Positions 1 to 12,443 of a stretch of DNA of 64,000 nt are shown here, piece after piece. Numbering within the stretch: the first letter of the stretch is position 1; each line of letters begins with the position of its first letter. The notes under the pieces are model-generated. The model saw only the letters and a program-made list of their open reading frames with translations, had not been told where the DNA came from and did no database searches. The stretch is from Eledone cirrhosa (taxonomy: Eukaryota). Both the position numbers and the translations under genes were made by a program. The stretch lies in the NCBI GenBank assembly GCA_964016885.1, contig OZ024741.1, positions 316,882,001 to 316,946,000 on the forward strand, written 5' to 3'.

Positions 1-265
1 GGCCTTCTCTCTATATCAGCCTGTAGGTTGAGGAAAAGGAGGAGGAGAGGAAAGGAGTACAAGCTCTTCGTACTCCTGGAGATGAGGGTTGCACATTTTT
101 TTCGGGGGTCTGTGTTACCCATATAAACTGTCTCCCTCTATTGGGGAAAATCGACTAACTTTTAAATTCCATCTGTGATAACATTTTACACGTTTTTATT
201 GTATGTAAACTTCCCCCTTTGTATTTGTCCCCTTCTTTTGTGCCCCTGTGGCTAATAAAGAAATA
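1..265 (+). mobile_element. 3' end of L1/Tx1-clade LINE (copy 1)
   Basis: Starts with codons for ...PSLYISL-stop, as in copies 2-4. 3' UTR ends GCCCCTGTGGCTAATAAAGAAA, followed by (TATC)n. Confidence 0.8.

Positions 266-299
<34 letters not shown>
266..299. repeat. (TATC)n microsatellite between LINE copies
   Basis: Seen directly. Confidence 0.95.
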
Positions 300-1890
300 G
301 CGTGACAGTAATGGTGTCGAGCACCTCGCAAATCGGGGAGGTCGGCACCTTACTGAAGAAATACGAAAGGTTCACAGGAGCGAAGCTGAACCGGGACAAA
401 TCCGTCGGTTTGCAACTCAGAACGTGGAGAGGCAAACTGATGTCTTCCGATGGTGTCGTCGGACGCTGGACGGAAGGACCAGTAAAGCTGCTTAGGGTCT
501 GGTTTGGTCCGGACCTCCAGGTGGAGAAGAACTGAAACGAGGTCACGGCCAAGGGGTTTGCGCTCACCAGAAGTGGGCCGAGTGCAAACTATCCTTAAAA
601 GGTCGAGTGGAGGTGGCGAACACTTTTATAGCGTCCGTCATCTACTACCGCATGACCGTCATGCCTTGTCCAGCCAAAACGCTCACCAAAATGGAACGCG
701 CGCTCTTCCACTTCCTTTGGAAGAAACGGGCTCCTTAGGTGAGAAGATCCATCTGCTGCCATCACCCTTCAAACGGAGGGCTGGGGATGCCGTGGCTGAC
801 GATGCTCAGGCTGCGGCACCTCCACGTATTCCTCACCGGACAACCGTTTGTGAGACGAGCCTTTCCACAACTCGTCTCGCTGACTGAGCTGCAGTCCTGG
901 GTCAAGAAAAGACCAAGGAAAATGGGCGACTGGCACATCGAATGTGCTCAGGCGCTCACAGTCCTCTGGCAAACGGACCCGGCGATCAGTGGAGACTCCA
1001 CTTCGTCATTCTATGGAGGATTAGTCCGCAGCAAGTGTTACGAAGCGCTCGAAGAGACTCTAGGCGTAGAGGAGGACGAACTGGCCAGTCTGTTTGGTAG
1101 GACCTTCCTCCCGGGACCGATGGACAACTTCCAAAAGTCCCTGGCCTGGCAGTGCTACCGAGGAGCTCTACCAGTTCGAGACAAGCTCTACAGACACGGG
1201 CGCCCGGGCAGGGACCCTTCGAAAAAGATCTGTCCGAGATAAGTGCGTGACGAGGAAACCGTCGCGCACGCATTTGTACACTGCACGGGAGTTACCGACC
1301 TGTGGGGCTATGTAGAACGACTTTTGTCGCGAGTGGGACCAATCTAGTTGACCACCGAGTCATGATCAAACCGCCACCCTCCTTCAAAAACGAAGGAGAG
1401 GCGGTTTTCCTATGTGTTATGGCTATGGTGAAAGAGTTTATATGGTGGACGAGGTTAAAATGGCTGAGGTCAGACACCTTTCTCTCCGGCGAGCAACTGA
1501 TTCGTTTTTTCAAATATCATTTTGGAAGAAGAATCAGGATGGAGAGAGAGGTGCTGTACCCCTGCAAATTTTATGAAAGGTGGGTGAATATGGCAAAGAT
1601 AGCCCGAGTGGTTGGACCTTCTCTCTATATAAGCCTGTAGGTTGAGGAAAGAGAGTAAGAGAGGAGGGGAGTACTCACTCTTGGTGCTCCTGGAGATGAG
1701 GGTTGTACATTTTTTTGGCGTGTGTACAGCCCCTGTGTAAACCCCCCCCCCCTATTGGGGATTTCAATTGTTATTTGTTATTTTATTAATAGTTTTATTT
1801 TATTAATAGTTTTATTTTCATATACCGGTAAACTCCCCATTTGTTTTCGATCCCTTCTTGTGTGCCCTTGTGGCTAGTAAATAAATTTAT
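300..1890 (+). mobile_element. 5'-truncated, frameshifted L1/Tx1-clade LINE ORF2 C-terminus and 3' UTR (copy 2)
   Basis: Late-RT motifs (YERFTGAKLNRDKS, VKLLRVWFG, GGLGMP), zf-RVT-like region (LAWQCYRGALPVRDKL, CPR..ET..H..C), stops and frameshifts. Confidence 0.85.
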
Positions 1891-1905
1891 CTATTTATCT
1901 ATCTA

Positions 1906-2870
1906 CTCCAGTGCCTTCAGGCGCTCACAGGCCTCTACCAAGCGGAAACGGCAATCAGCGGAGACTCTACTTCGATATTCTATAGAGGATTAGTGGAGGA
2001 TAAGTGTGACGACGTTCTCGGGGAAACTCTAGGCATCGAGGAAGACGAACTGACCAGTCTGTTCGGGTCGACTTTCCATCCAGGGCCTATGGATAACTTC
2101 CAGAGGCCTCTGGCCTGGCAGCGCTACCGAGGAGGACTACCAGTTCGAGACAAAATCTACAGGCACGGACGTCCTGGCAGAGATCCTGCCAAAAAGACCT
2201 GTCCAAGATGCGAGCACGACATTGAAACCGTTCTGCACGCAATTGTTCAGTGCCCAGTGGTGACCGACCTGTGGAATTATGTCGAACAGCTACTGTCACG
2301 TGTGGGACGCATCCAATTGTCAGCCGAGTCTATCATGAGGATCACCCCGCCGCCTTCATTTAAGAATATAGGAGAGGCGGTCTTCCTCTGTCTGGTGGCT
2401 ATGGCGAAAGAGGTAATATGGTGGACGAGGTTAAAAGGACTGAGGGCAAATACCTTTCTCTCCGAACAACAACTCATCCCCTTCTTTAAGTACCACTTCA
2501 GAAGGAAGGTGAGAATGGAGAGAGAGGTGCTTCACCCCAGCAAATTCGCTGAAAGGTGGGTGAATGTGGCGAAAATAGCCCGGGTGAATGGGCCTTCTCT
2601 GTATGTAAACCTGTAGGTTGAGGAAGATAAACAGATGGAATACGGGAACACCTACAAAACGTGTTCTTGGTGTTGATGGTTGTTCTATCCACGGGGTGTA
2701 AAACAACCCCGCAGTAGCGTTACCCTCCCCCTCCCTTAATGGGGATTACAATTGTTTTATTTTATATAGTTTATTGTTATTTATAATTGTTAAAGATTTT
2801 ATGTAAAACCCCCGCCGTCACGTCTTGTAATGTCCCATTTTTGTACGCCCCTGTGGCAAATAAAGAAAGA
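1906..2870 (+). mobile_element. 5'-truncated L1/Tx1-clade LINE (copy 3)
   Basis: ORF 1993-2616 has CPRCEHDIETVLHAIVQCP (L1-type CCHC-like motif). Same 3' terminal motif as the other copies. Confidence 0.85.

Positions 2871-2939
<69 letters not shown>
2870..2939. repeat. (TATC)n microsatellite
   Basis: About 17 units seen directly. Confidence 0.95.
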
Positions 2940-5058
2940 GCTTGATGCGTGGAACATCGCTGGTAAGCTTTTTTGTAAATTTCTATACAAAAAACTGAAC
3001 TAATTGTTTCAAAAAACATATCATTTTGTAGATTAACCCCCAAGCTGAATTGTCAGCTGGGTGGTAATCCCATTTTTCGCCCCTTTAGGGGCGAACATTT
3101 AATTAATAAATTGTTTTAAAAAAAAATCTAATTTTGCTGACTATAAAACATGAATAACTCGGAAAGAACGCCGGAGAACGCCAACAGAGAGAAGACAGGT
3201 AGAAAGGCTGATGTTAACGTTATATCTGCTTCTGCCACTATGGAAGTCGTCATGGATACGACTGTCAACAAAGAAAGAATAAGATTGCCACTTGAACATT
3301 TTAAAATTTCTACCGTCAAAGCGGAGAAAAATAACACACAACATACACAGGAAAACACAGGAATTAAAACTATTAATATACATACACATGAAAAATCCAA
3401 CAACAACAACTCCATAGATACATCTACAGATAAAATTTCACCTCGTCAAGAAATTGCGATTTCCAACACCGAGGCTAACAACGATAACAACAACAACAGC
3501 AACACCACAAAAACAAAATGTCTTTCGCTGAAACAGTGAACAAAAAACAAGATTTTATAAATCTTGACATCTCCAATGCAAGAGATATGCTCCAGCAATG
3601 GAGAAAATTTGTAACTTTCGAAGACAAGGGTGGGTTTAGAATCAACTCACCCCTCGAAATAAAAGAAGAGACAGTTCGAAGGACAGTGACCTTCAGGACT
3701 GTCTCAAACAACGAGAAAGCCAATATTTGTGAGTCAAGGAGACATAGACGCCACCTTGAAGGAGACTCTAGAAAATATTGACTTTCTTCAACGAGGAAAA
3801 CAGTACGGAAGTATTTCCGTACTGTTTAAAAGCGAGGCACTCGCCCCAAAACATTCTGTGACACCAATAGTGTCAAAAGCATTCACCTTTTTCCCTACGT
3901 ACATGAGAAAAAGGACACAAAAAATAAAAATAAAAAATATACCACCAAACATTAACATCTGGATCCAGAGACTGATGCTATTCTTTCAATACGAAAGTCT
4001 ATTAGACAAAGGTGGGCGGGTACTGATTTGGAGATTCTGATCCGTCTGCTGTCAGCACCCTTCCAACGGAGGGCCGGGAATGCCGTGGCTGATGATGCGC
4101 AAACATGCGCTGAGCCTGCGGCATCTCCAGGTATTCCTCACCGACCCCCAACCGGTGTGGTCACCGTTTGTGAGACGGGCTTCCCCGCAGCTCGTCTCGT
4201 TGACGGAGCTGCAGTCCTGGGTCAACAAAAGACCGAAAACGATGGGCGCCTGGCACATTGAATGCGCTCAGGCGCTCACAGTCACCTGGAAAGCGGATTG
4301 TACGTTAGAAGGGCGACGACGTGCTCGGAGAGACTCTGGGCGTCGAAAATGATGAGCTTACAAGTCTGTTTGGTAGGGCTTTCCGCCCAGGACCTTTCAG
4401 AGGTCCCTGGCCTGGCAGTGCTACCGAGGAGCTCTACCAGTTCGTGACAAGATCTACAGGCACGGACGCCCCGGCAGGGATCCTTCCAAGAGAACGTGTC
4501 CAAGATGCGCGCAAGACATTGAAACCGTCCTGCACGCAATTGTACACTTCCCGGGCGTAACCGACCTGCGGAACTGTGCAGAACAACTGCTGTCGCGTAT
4601 GGGACAAATCCAGTTGACTGCCGGGTCCATAGTAAGGACTTCTTTCAAAAACGAAAGAGAGGCGGTTTTCCTCTGTACAGTGGCTATGGTGAAAGAAGTT
4701 ATATGGTGGACGAGATTGAGAGGACTGAGGACAGATACCTTTCTCTCCGGACAACAATTGAATGCCTTCTTTAAGTATCACTTTAGAAGGAGAATCAGAG
4801 TTGAGAGAGAGGCACTGCACCCCAGTAAATTTACTGAAAGGTCGGTGAATGTAACAAAAATGGCCCGAGTGATTGGGCCTTCTCTGTTTATAAGCCTTTA
4901 GGTTAAAGAAAAGAGCAAAAGAAAGAAAGGAGCACTTGCACAACAGGCTCCTGAAGTTGAGGGTTGTTCTATCGATGGGGTATTAAACAACCCATTTGTG
5001 GCGCTTCTCCCCTATTGGGGATTTAGATTGCTATAATTGTTTGTTTTATATTTTTACA
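2940..5058 (+). mobile_element. Internally deleted L1/Tx1-clade LINE (copy 4): putative 5' UTR and frameshifted ORF1 (3150-~4035) joined to ORF2 C-terminus (~4037-4901)
   Basis: Overlapping ORFs at 3150, 3518 and 3729 read as one broken ORF1-like frame (SFAETV..., KIKIKNIPP). From ~4037 the sequence is homologous to copies 2 and 3. Confidence 0.7.
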
Positions 5059-5059
5059 C

Positions 5060-5520
5060 GACATGATTGTCGGCTACTGGTACAAAAAACTAATATTCTA
5101 TCGGAGGTATCTTACTGACCTCTACCAACAAGTTCTTAAGGGAGATACACTTATACCAGAATGGTTGACATTAACACAAACGTTACTGGTCCCCAAGAAC
5201 AAAGACACCCACTTGGCAAAAAACTACCGACCCATTGCATGCCAGAACCTGATGTATAAGATGTATACAGCCTGCCTGAACCTATTCCTCCAAGATCACT
5301 GTGAAAATAATAACATCATCACAGATGAGCAAGCAGCTGGAAAGAAAAAGGTTTGGGATGTGCTGAACAACTCATAATCAACAAAACTGCGATGTCAGAG
5401 GTGCGACAACTTAGGAGGAATATGACTACAGTCTGGCTGGACTACAGGAAAGCTTTCGATTCTGTTCCCCACTCTTGGATGATAGAAGCCCTCCAACTTG
5501 CTAAAGTCCCAGACATTATT
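5060..5520 (+). mobile_element. R4/Dong-like non-LTR retrotransposon RT fragment (early RT domains), frameshifted
   Basis: TLLVPKNKDTHLAKNYRPIAC..MYK; DEQAAG; EQLIINK; VWLDYRKAFDSVPHSW. Confidence 0.8.
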
Positions 5521-6870
5521 GGTTTTCGCTAACAGCTCTCAATTCTTGTTTGAGGGTGATCAGCTTATATTGGAGAGTTCTGGTTCTACTGTTACCAAAC
5601 ATCGTCTCTATTTTATTTGTCACTCTTTGTTGGTGAGGAGTGAGGTTTTTTTGTGTTTGTTTGCATGTAAGGAGCATTGTCACATGTCCTATGTTTTTTC
5701 GTAGGTCAGCACTCTTTTTTTCTATTTTAGTTATAGATGATGGTATTTTTGGTGGTGCTTTGTTCTTGTTAATATCTCTGCTATCACCAAGATAATGCTT
5801 CACTGTCATTGCTAAGGTATATAAACAAGCGTTGATTTGCCAAAATGTTGGGGTTTTTATCCGTCGTAAATATTCATCCCCTATTTCGTCAATAAGACGT
5901 AGTATTTCATTATTTTGTTTTTTATTCACCATTGTCATTTTAACACGTTCAGCAAGAGAGATATTTATGCATGAGTTAATTTCTCTATGGAAGATTTCGT
6001 TGAGGGAAATTTTCAATTGTTTATACTCTTGATTATCATTATCGATAGTATTTTCCACAACAGTCGAGGTAGACTCGGATGGTATACGTGGTGTCACATT
6101 TATTCGATTATTATTATTATTTATTCGATTATTATTATTATCGATAGTGTTTTCCCCAGCATTCGAGGTAGACTTAGATGGTACAGGTGGTGTCAAGTTT
6201 CTTACAGGCATAGTTGTTTCAAGGCGCTGTTCGACATGGCTGCTAGGAAGTCTAGTAGCATGGCGACCTGTAGCACGTGTTGTTGATTCCATGTTTGTTG
6301 TGGGGAACTTACAATTAATAATATTTATCTTATTTTTACGTTCAACAAACGTCGCTTGTTGGCGACTAAACTGGCAACCCCATCAAGGTTTCTTGGTGAG
6401 GAAGGTGACTTTGGACATCCTGAAGGGCTAAAAACAAAACCTGTCAAAGGGAAAAGGAGCTCTTAAGAGTCAATGGCCATCCGAAATCAAGGCAGAATTC
6501 TAGGAGAAGGAAAACTCTGATATAACACCTGCAACCCTGATGGTATCCAATGATGTTGACTTGTTCTTCTTTTTGGTAAACATCATCTTGGTTAAGAGAG
6601 TAGGACTGGCTTTGTGCAGTGCCTTTGCTCACTATAAAAGCTTCACGGCACAGGCATTGCTTTATATCTGGAGATCTCTCTGCACTTGTCGTCACATGGT
6701 ACCATGGGCCCAGCACTATGTGTCAATAATTGTCACAAGTGTAGTGTTTGTACCAGAGTTTTCAAGTCGCTGGCTGGACTAAAAAGTCACACTTGTTCAG
6801 CGCATCGGTAGGGTTTCTCCTACATGGATATAAAGTAGTGGCCGTACTCGAAAACGTGTTGGCAGCCACC
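5516..6870 (-). mobile_element. Probable R4/Dong-like 5' region (5' UTR and N-terminal ORF 5516-6292)
   Basis: ORF ends ..IEKKSADLRKNIG...LKQELRAVS, which resembles the pre-RT region of R4/Dong proteins as I recall it. The 5' boundary, set at the (TACA)n tract, is inferred. Confidence 0.55.
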
Positions 6871-7127
6871 ATGTATGTATGTATGTATATATGTATGTAT
6901 ATATGTATGTATGTATGTGTGTGTGTGTGTGTATGTATATATGTATGTATGTATGTATATTAACAACACAGCTTAACTCTTTCTTTTTAAACTCATTTCT
7001 ACGGTAGCTCCTCCCCTTTGCTACGAAGTCGGAAGGGCAATGTGACACGGGAGGGTGTGTGGTATCTTTGCAGTGGAGTGGTGGCGGCAGGTATACCTAT
7101 CCGGGCGCCAGCCGGAGGAGCCAGTAG

Positions 7128-7242
<115 letters not shown>

Positions 7243-7641
7243 GGTGCGTAACAACTGTTATGCTATTTCGTACGATTCCATTCTGATTTTAAACATTTCT
7301 CGACATATTTTCTTCCATTTATCGTGTAAAACGTAACCTACACAAACATTATTTTGTTCCAAAGTTATATCTATATATATATACAAATTATGTGGGAATA
7401 TGTAATCCCTGAAACAAGCAGAGTATAGAATACTAGCTTTTTACTAGATTCGATCATTCATATTAGTCATTCAGGTTGAAATGCGAGGAATTGATGATTG
7501 TTCTAAGTGAAATTATTTAGAAATTGGACGACTGAATTTCATAGCCGTAACATAACTTCAGATTCTTACACAAAACTATGATGGAAGATGTTTCATTTTA
7601 CATAGTAATATATATTATCACTATATGTATATAATAATATA

Positions 7642-7960
<319 letters not shown>

Positions 7961-8563
7961 CAGCCAGAGATTAAACACCAATAGGGGAGAACCCCGGAAA
8001 AGAATTCAGTTAATTAACTCGAGCAGTATCTCTTCAGCAAGTGCAAAAAACTAATTTGTTTAGCACCAAAAAGGAAAGCAAGGATTATCTATTCTAATAT
8101 ATATAAATATATATATATATAAATTGAAACAAAATGAAAACGAAATTTCATTTCTCACTCTTAGTATGGCACTTACTTAAATGTAAGTATGCATGTATAC
8201 GTACATACATATATGTATACAGACGTACAGTAGCATGCACATATATATATATATATACATATATACATACATATGCATACAGGTACACATACATATATGC
8301 ACGTATCAGTTTAGCGGCGTTTATTATAACGTCGCTTTGTTCGTTTGTAAACAAACTGAACAGCCTGAATTTATGCCATACGGTGTTAAGGCAACCACGT
8401 CACCTTTTTGTTCAACACTGACACAGGAACGTGTTTCAATTTATCGTTTTCGGTATGCCTGACCGATTTAACTCACTCAATATGCAAATTAGGCTGCTCA
8501 GCCGTTAATTTTCATAAGGAAAGTATATACTTTCGAACGTTCAACTATCTGGCAGATGGGTAA

Positions 8564-8606
8564 ACGGTGCTGATGATAGCTAACAAGCTTGAAACTAGTA
8601 CATCGT
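8564..8606 (+). ncRNA. Minimal type I hammerhead ribozyme
   Basis: ACGGUG-CUGAUGA-U AGCU aaca AGCU U-GAAA-CUAG-UA/CAUCGU: 6-bp stem I, 4-bp stem II, palindromic stem III region ACUAGU, GUA cleavage triplet (cut after 8600). Confidence 0.85.
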
Positions 8607-9037
8607 TCCTGTGTCAGTGTTGAACAAAAAGGTGACGTGGTTGCCTTAACACCGTATGGCATAAATTCAGGCTGTTCATTTTGTTTACAAACGAACAAAG
8701 CGACGTTATAATAAGCGCCGCTAAACTGATACGTGCATATATGTATGTGTACCTGTATGCATATGTATGTATATATGTATATATATATATATATATGTGC
8801 ATGCTACTGTACGTCTGTATACATATATGTATGTACGTATACATGCATACTTACATTTAAGTAAGTGCCATACTAAGAGTGAGAAATGAAATTTCGTTTT
8901 CATTTTGTTTCAATTTATCGTTTTCGGTATGCCTGACCGATTTAACTCACTCAATATGCAAATTAGGCTGCTCAGCCGTTAATTTTCATAAGGAAAGTAT
9001 ATACTTTCGAACGTTCAACTATCTGGCAGATGGGTAA

Positions 9038-9080
9038 ACGGTGCTGATGATAGCTAACAAGCTTGAAACTAGTACATCGT
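9038..9080 (+). ncRNA. Minimal type I hammerhead ribozyme (tandem copy)
   Basis: Identical 43 nt to 8564-8606. Confidence 0.85.
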
Positions 9081-9326
9081 TCCTGTGTCAGTGTTGAACA
9101 AAAAGGTGACGTGGTTGCCTTAACACCGTATGGCATAAATTCAGGCTGTTCAGTTTGTTTACAAACGAACAAAGCGACGTTATAATAAGCGCCGCTAAAC
9201 TGATACGTGCATATATGTATGTGTACCTGTATGCATATGTATGTATATATGTATATATGTATATATATGTGCATGCTACTGTACATCTGTATACATATAT
9301 GTATGTACGTATACATGCATACTTAC

Positions 9327-9512
<186 letters not shown>

Positions 9513-9986
9513 TAAATAAATTATACAATTATCAAAGTTGTGTTCAAATTATTTAATAGCTGACAATCGTTTCTTCCAAACTTTCGTTTGAGTCATCGGA
9601 GCATTATCAATGTTTGCACATATAATTAACCCCCTATTAAACTGAACAATAATATAGATACATATAAATTGAGCAACAGTTTCGTATTTACAGGGTGGAA
9701 TGGACGTGACATATATTTTACGAGAATTGTACAATAATTGTACAAACATTCAAATTCAAATTCAAATTCAAATTAAATTAAAATCAAAAGCACGGAGTGG
9801 AATACATGCAACAGTTAAAACAAAGGAATAGTCCAATTATTAAAGAGGCATTGAGGAAGTAGTTTTGAGAAAGGAAGAGTGCATTAACAATTCATATGCA
9901 GGCGTGTGGATAGTGCAATATATATAAGGGTGAAAGCACCGATTCTTTGCTTAAACTTTGATCTGTTATTTTAATATATATATATA

Positions 9987-10469
9987 TTTCGTTTCTGAAT
10001 TTGTTTAGCAAGATTCTTTATCTGAAAACGTGTGTTGAAACCGATATTGTTATACTTTGGGAGGGTCAGGTTGCCAATAAGAAACATACGCACCAGTTGC
10101 TTTCACTTCAATTTATTATAATACATTTATAAATTTAGGAATTTATAAATTTCCGGTTGGTTGGTTGGTTCCACAACCAGATGATTGTTTATATATTGTC
10201 AAAGTTCTTTCGTCACACATTCTGTGACCTCTTCAGTGACTGGGGATTCTTTTCTTTGTTTTTCTGCCTCTCCTTTGTTCTGTTCTACGCCACCTTGTTT
10301 TTGTGTGTTTTGTGTGCTTAGTTTGCGCATGTGTTACATCCGGGTGTCTGTGTGTGTTTATATTTGTTTATTTATTTGTTTATTTACATGTCACTGGTTG
10401 GTTGTTTGTTCTATGTGCGTGTGTGTTTTCATTTTGTCCTTAATTGTAAGTTGTGATGTTACTGTTCCA
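9987..10469 (-). mobile_element. Penelope-like element 3' end (last codons and 3' UTR/pseudo-LTR)
   Basis: Closely similar to ~57167-57672, including the WNSNITTYN-stop codons. Ends at (TA)n. Confidence 0.85.
10198..10241 (-). ncRNA. Hammerhead-like motif in PLE 3' UTR
   Basis: AGUCA-CUGAAGA-G-GUCACA gaaug UGUGAC-GAAA-GAAC-UU/UGAC. Confidence 0.6.
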
Positions 10470-10685
10470 TTCATGAATGGAAAAGCTCCTACGTGGTAGC
10501 TCGGTTCTTAAAAACTGGGAACCAACTTTCCCTCAAATCAACTCTTAATATTACCTTACAATCATTACAAGCGGCTGAAACATTATTTTAGTATGAACAG
10601 AATCTGTTGTTTATATAATCAACCAAGTTAATTCAGCATTTTGACCTCAACCATCCTATGTGTGTAACATCTGATAGTTCAAAGA
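10470..10685 (+). pseudogene. Possible highly decayed Gypsy RT/RNase H remnant
   Basis: LIQHFDLNHPMCVTSDSSK resembles the L.HFD...P..V..DAS motif. Many disruptions. Confidence 0.35.
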
Positions 10686-10864
10686 TCCTCAAACGTTTTT
10701 AGACCATACCATACTCTTCATGAAATCCTTGACTCCTTCATCGTTCCCAAACAGGTACAAAAATAAATTAATCAGTAAACAGACTATAAAAGAAACAATA
10801 AACATTAATTATATATAAATCATAAGTAAGTTGTACTTTATTGTATTATTTTATGTGAAGTGAG

Positions 10865-11720
10865 CGCGGTGGATTGGCAGTATCAGTAGAGCGTCAGACA
10901 CCATGCTTTGTGGTATAGAGTTACGGCCCTTTACGTTCTGAGTTTAAATCTCGGCGAAATTTGCTTTGCCTTTCATCCTTAGGGTATCGGTAAAATGAAG
11001 TACCAGTTATGCACTGAGGTTAATTTAATCGACTCTCTCCTCTTAAATTGTGGGCTTGTGCCTAAATCAGAAACCATTATTTTATAATGCGGTAGATTGG
11101 CAATATCGGTAGAGCGTCGGACACCATGCTTTGCAGCATAGAGTTACGGCCCTTTATGATCTGAGTTCAAATCTCGCCGAGTATAGCTTTGCCTTTCATC
11201 GTTATGGGGGTTGATAAAATAAAGTACCAGTAACGCACTGGGGTCAATTTAATCAACTCTCTCCTCCCCCCAAATTGTCGGCCTTATACCTAAATCAGAA
11301 ACCATTATTTTATATTTAGTGGTGGATTGGCAGTATCGGTAGAGAGTCGGACACCATGCTTTCCAGCATAGTTACGTCCCTTTACGATCTGAGTTCAAAT
11401 CCCGCCGAGGTTGACTTTGCCTGTCATCCTTACGGGGTCGATAAAATAAAGTACCAGTAACGCACTGGGTAATTGCTGGCCTTGTGCCTAAAGTAGAAAC
11501 AATTATTTTATATTTAGTGGGTTGATGGATTTGGTAGAGCGTCGAATAAAATGCTACTGCGGTATTTGTTCTGACTCTTTATTCTGCTTTCAAGTCCTGC
11601 CGAGGTCAAATTTAGCTTTCATACTTCCCAGGTCGATAGTACCAGTCATTTACTGTAGGTTCATTTAACCCCACTCCCACCCAATTGCTGGCCATGTGCC
11701 AAAAATTAGAAGCTATTATT
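10865..11720 (+). mobile_element. Four head-to-tail tRNA-derived SINE copies (starts ~10865, 11089, 11319, 11517)
   Basis: A-box TGGCAGTATCGG, B-box GAGTTCAAATCC, core GCCTTTCATCCTTACGGGGTCGATAAAATAAAGTACCAG, ATTATT tail. Confidence 0.9.
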
Positions 11721-11727
11721 TTATATA

Positions 11728-11822
11728 CAGTCTGTTCGCTTTTTACGCGAAGATGCGTTCGTGAACGCGGCGCGTAAAGCGAATTCGCGTTATTCAAGTT
11801 CTCGTAAAAAGCGAACAGACTA
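11728..11822. mobile_element. ~95-bp Tc1/mariner-pogo-type MITE
   Basis: Inverted ends CAGTCTGTTCGCTTTTTACG / CGTAAAAAGCGAACAGACT, preceded by TA. Confidence 0.65.
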
Positions 11823-11929
11823 TTGCCATTTCTTATGTAAATGCCAAGTTTTGGCCTAAAAGTCTTATCGAGCTCTTGAATAGTCCCATTGATACCTTGC
11901 TATTGGTTTCGATCACTTTGAAAACATCC

Positions 11930-12443
11930 ACCGAAGCCATTGTAACGATTAAGCTGCCTCCCCCCTTCAAAAATGAAGGAGAGGCGGTGTTTCTGTGCGT
12001 AATAGCCATGGTGTGAAAGAGGTTGTATGGTGGACGCGTCTGAAAGGACTGAGGTCAGGCACCTTTCTCTCTGGCCAACAAATGATCCGTTTCTTCCGAT
12101 ATCATTTCGGAAGAAGGATCAGGATGGAGAGAGTGATGCTCAACCCCAGTCGTTTTTACGAAAGGTGGGTGAAAGTGGCGAGAATTGCCCGTGTGAATGG
12201 GCCTTCTCTCTACATCAGCCTGTAGAGGGAAAAGATGAAGGAACGAGGGAGCACCCTCTCTCTGTGCTCCTCAGGAGAAGGGTTGCACACTTTTTTCGGC
12301 GGTATGTGCGACCCCCAAAACGCCTCCTCCCTATTGAGGACTTTATTGTTAATTTTCTATTTGTTATTTGTTTTCTTTACTCGCCTTTTTGTGTAAACTC
12401 CCCCCTTGTACTTGCGCCCTCGTGGCAATAAATAGAAATATAT
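11930..12443 (+). mobile_element. Short 3' fragment of the L1/Tx1-clade LINE
   Basis: KEVVWWTRLKGLRSGTFLSG...ERWVKVARIARVNGPSLYISL. Ends GCCCTCGTGGCAATAAA..TATATC. Confidence 0.85.

Noticed and set aside
6781-6870. HDV-like ribozyme at the putative R4/Dong 5' end (GGTGGCT/GGCCACT P1-like pairing)
   Set aside because: No P1.1 GG, P3/L3 or P2 could be assigned.
8498-8698. 66-aa ORF (MFVCKQ...MKING) recurring four times
   Set aside because: It lies inside the repeated unit, starts at TTG, is antisense to the ribozyme and has no recognisable motif. Recurrence reflects copy number.
9574-9602. Minus-strand CCGATGA..GAAAG motif
   Set aside because: Core mismatch and no stem II or stem I pairing.
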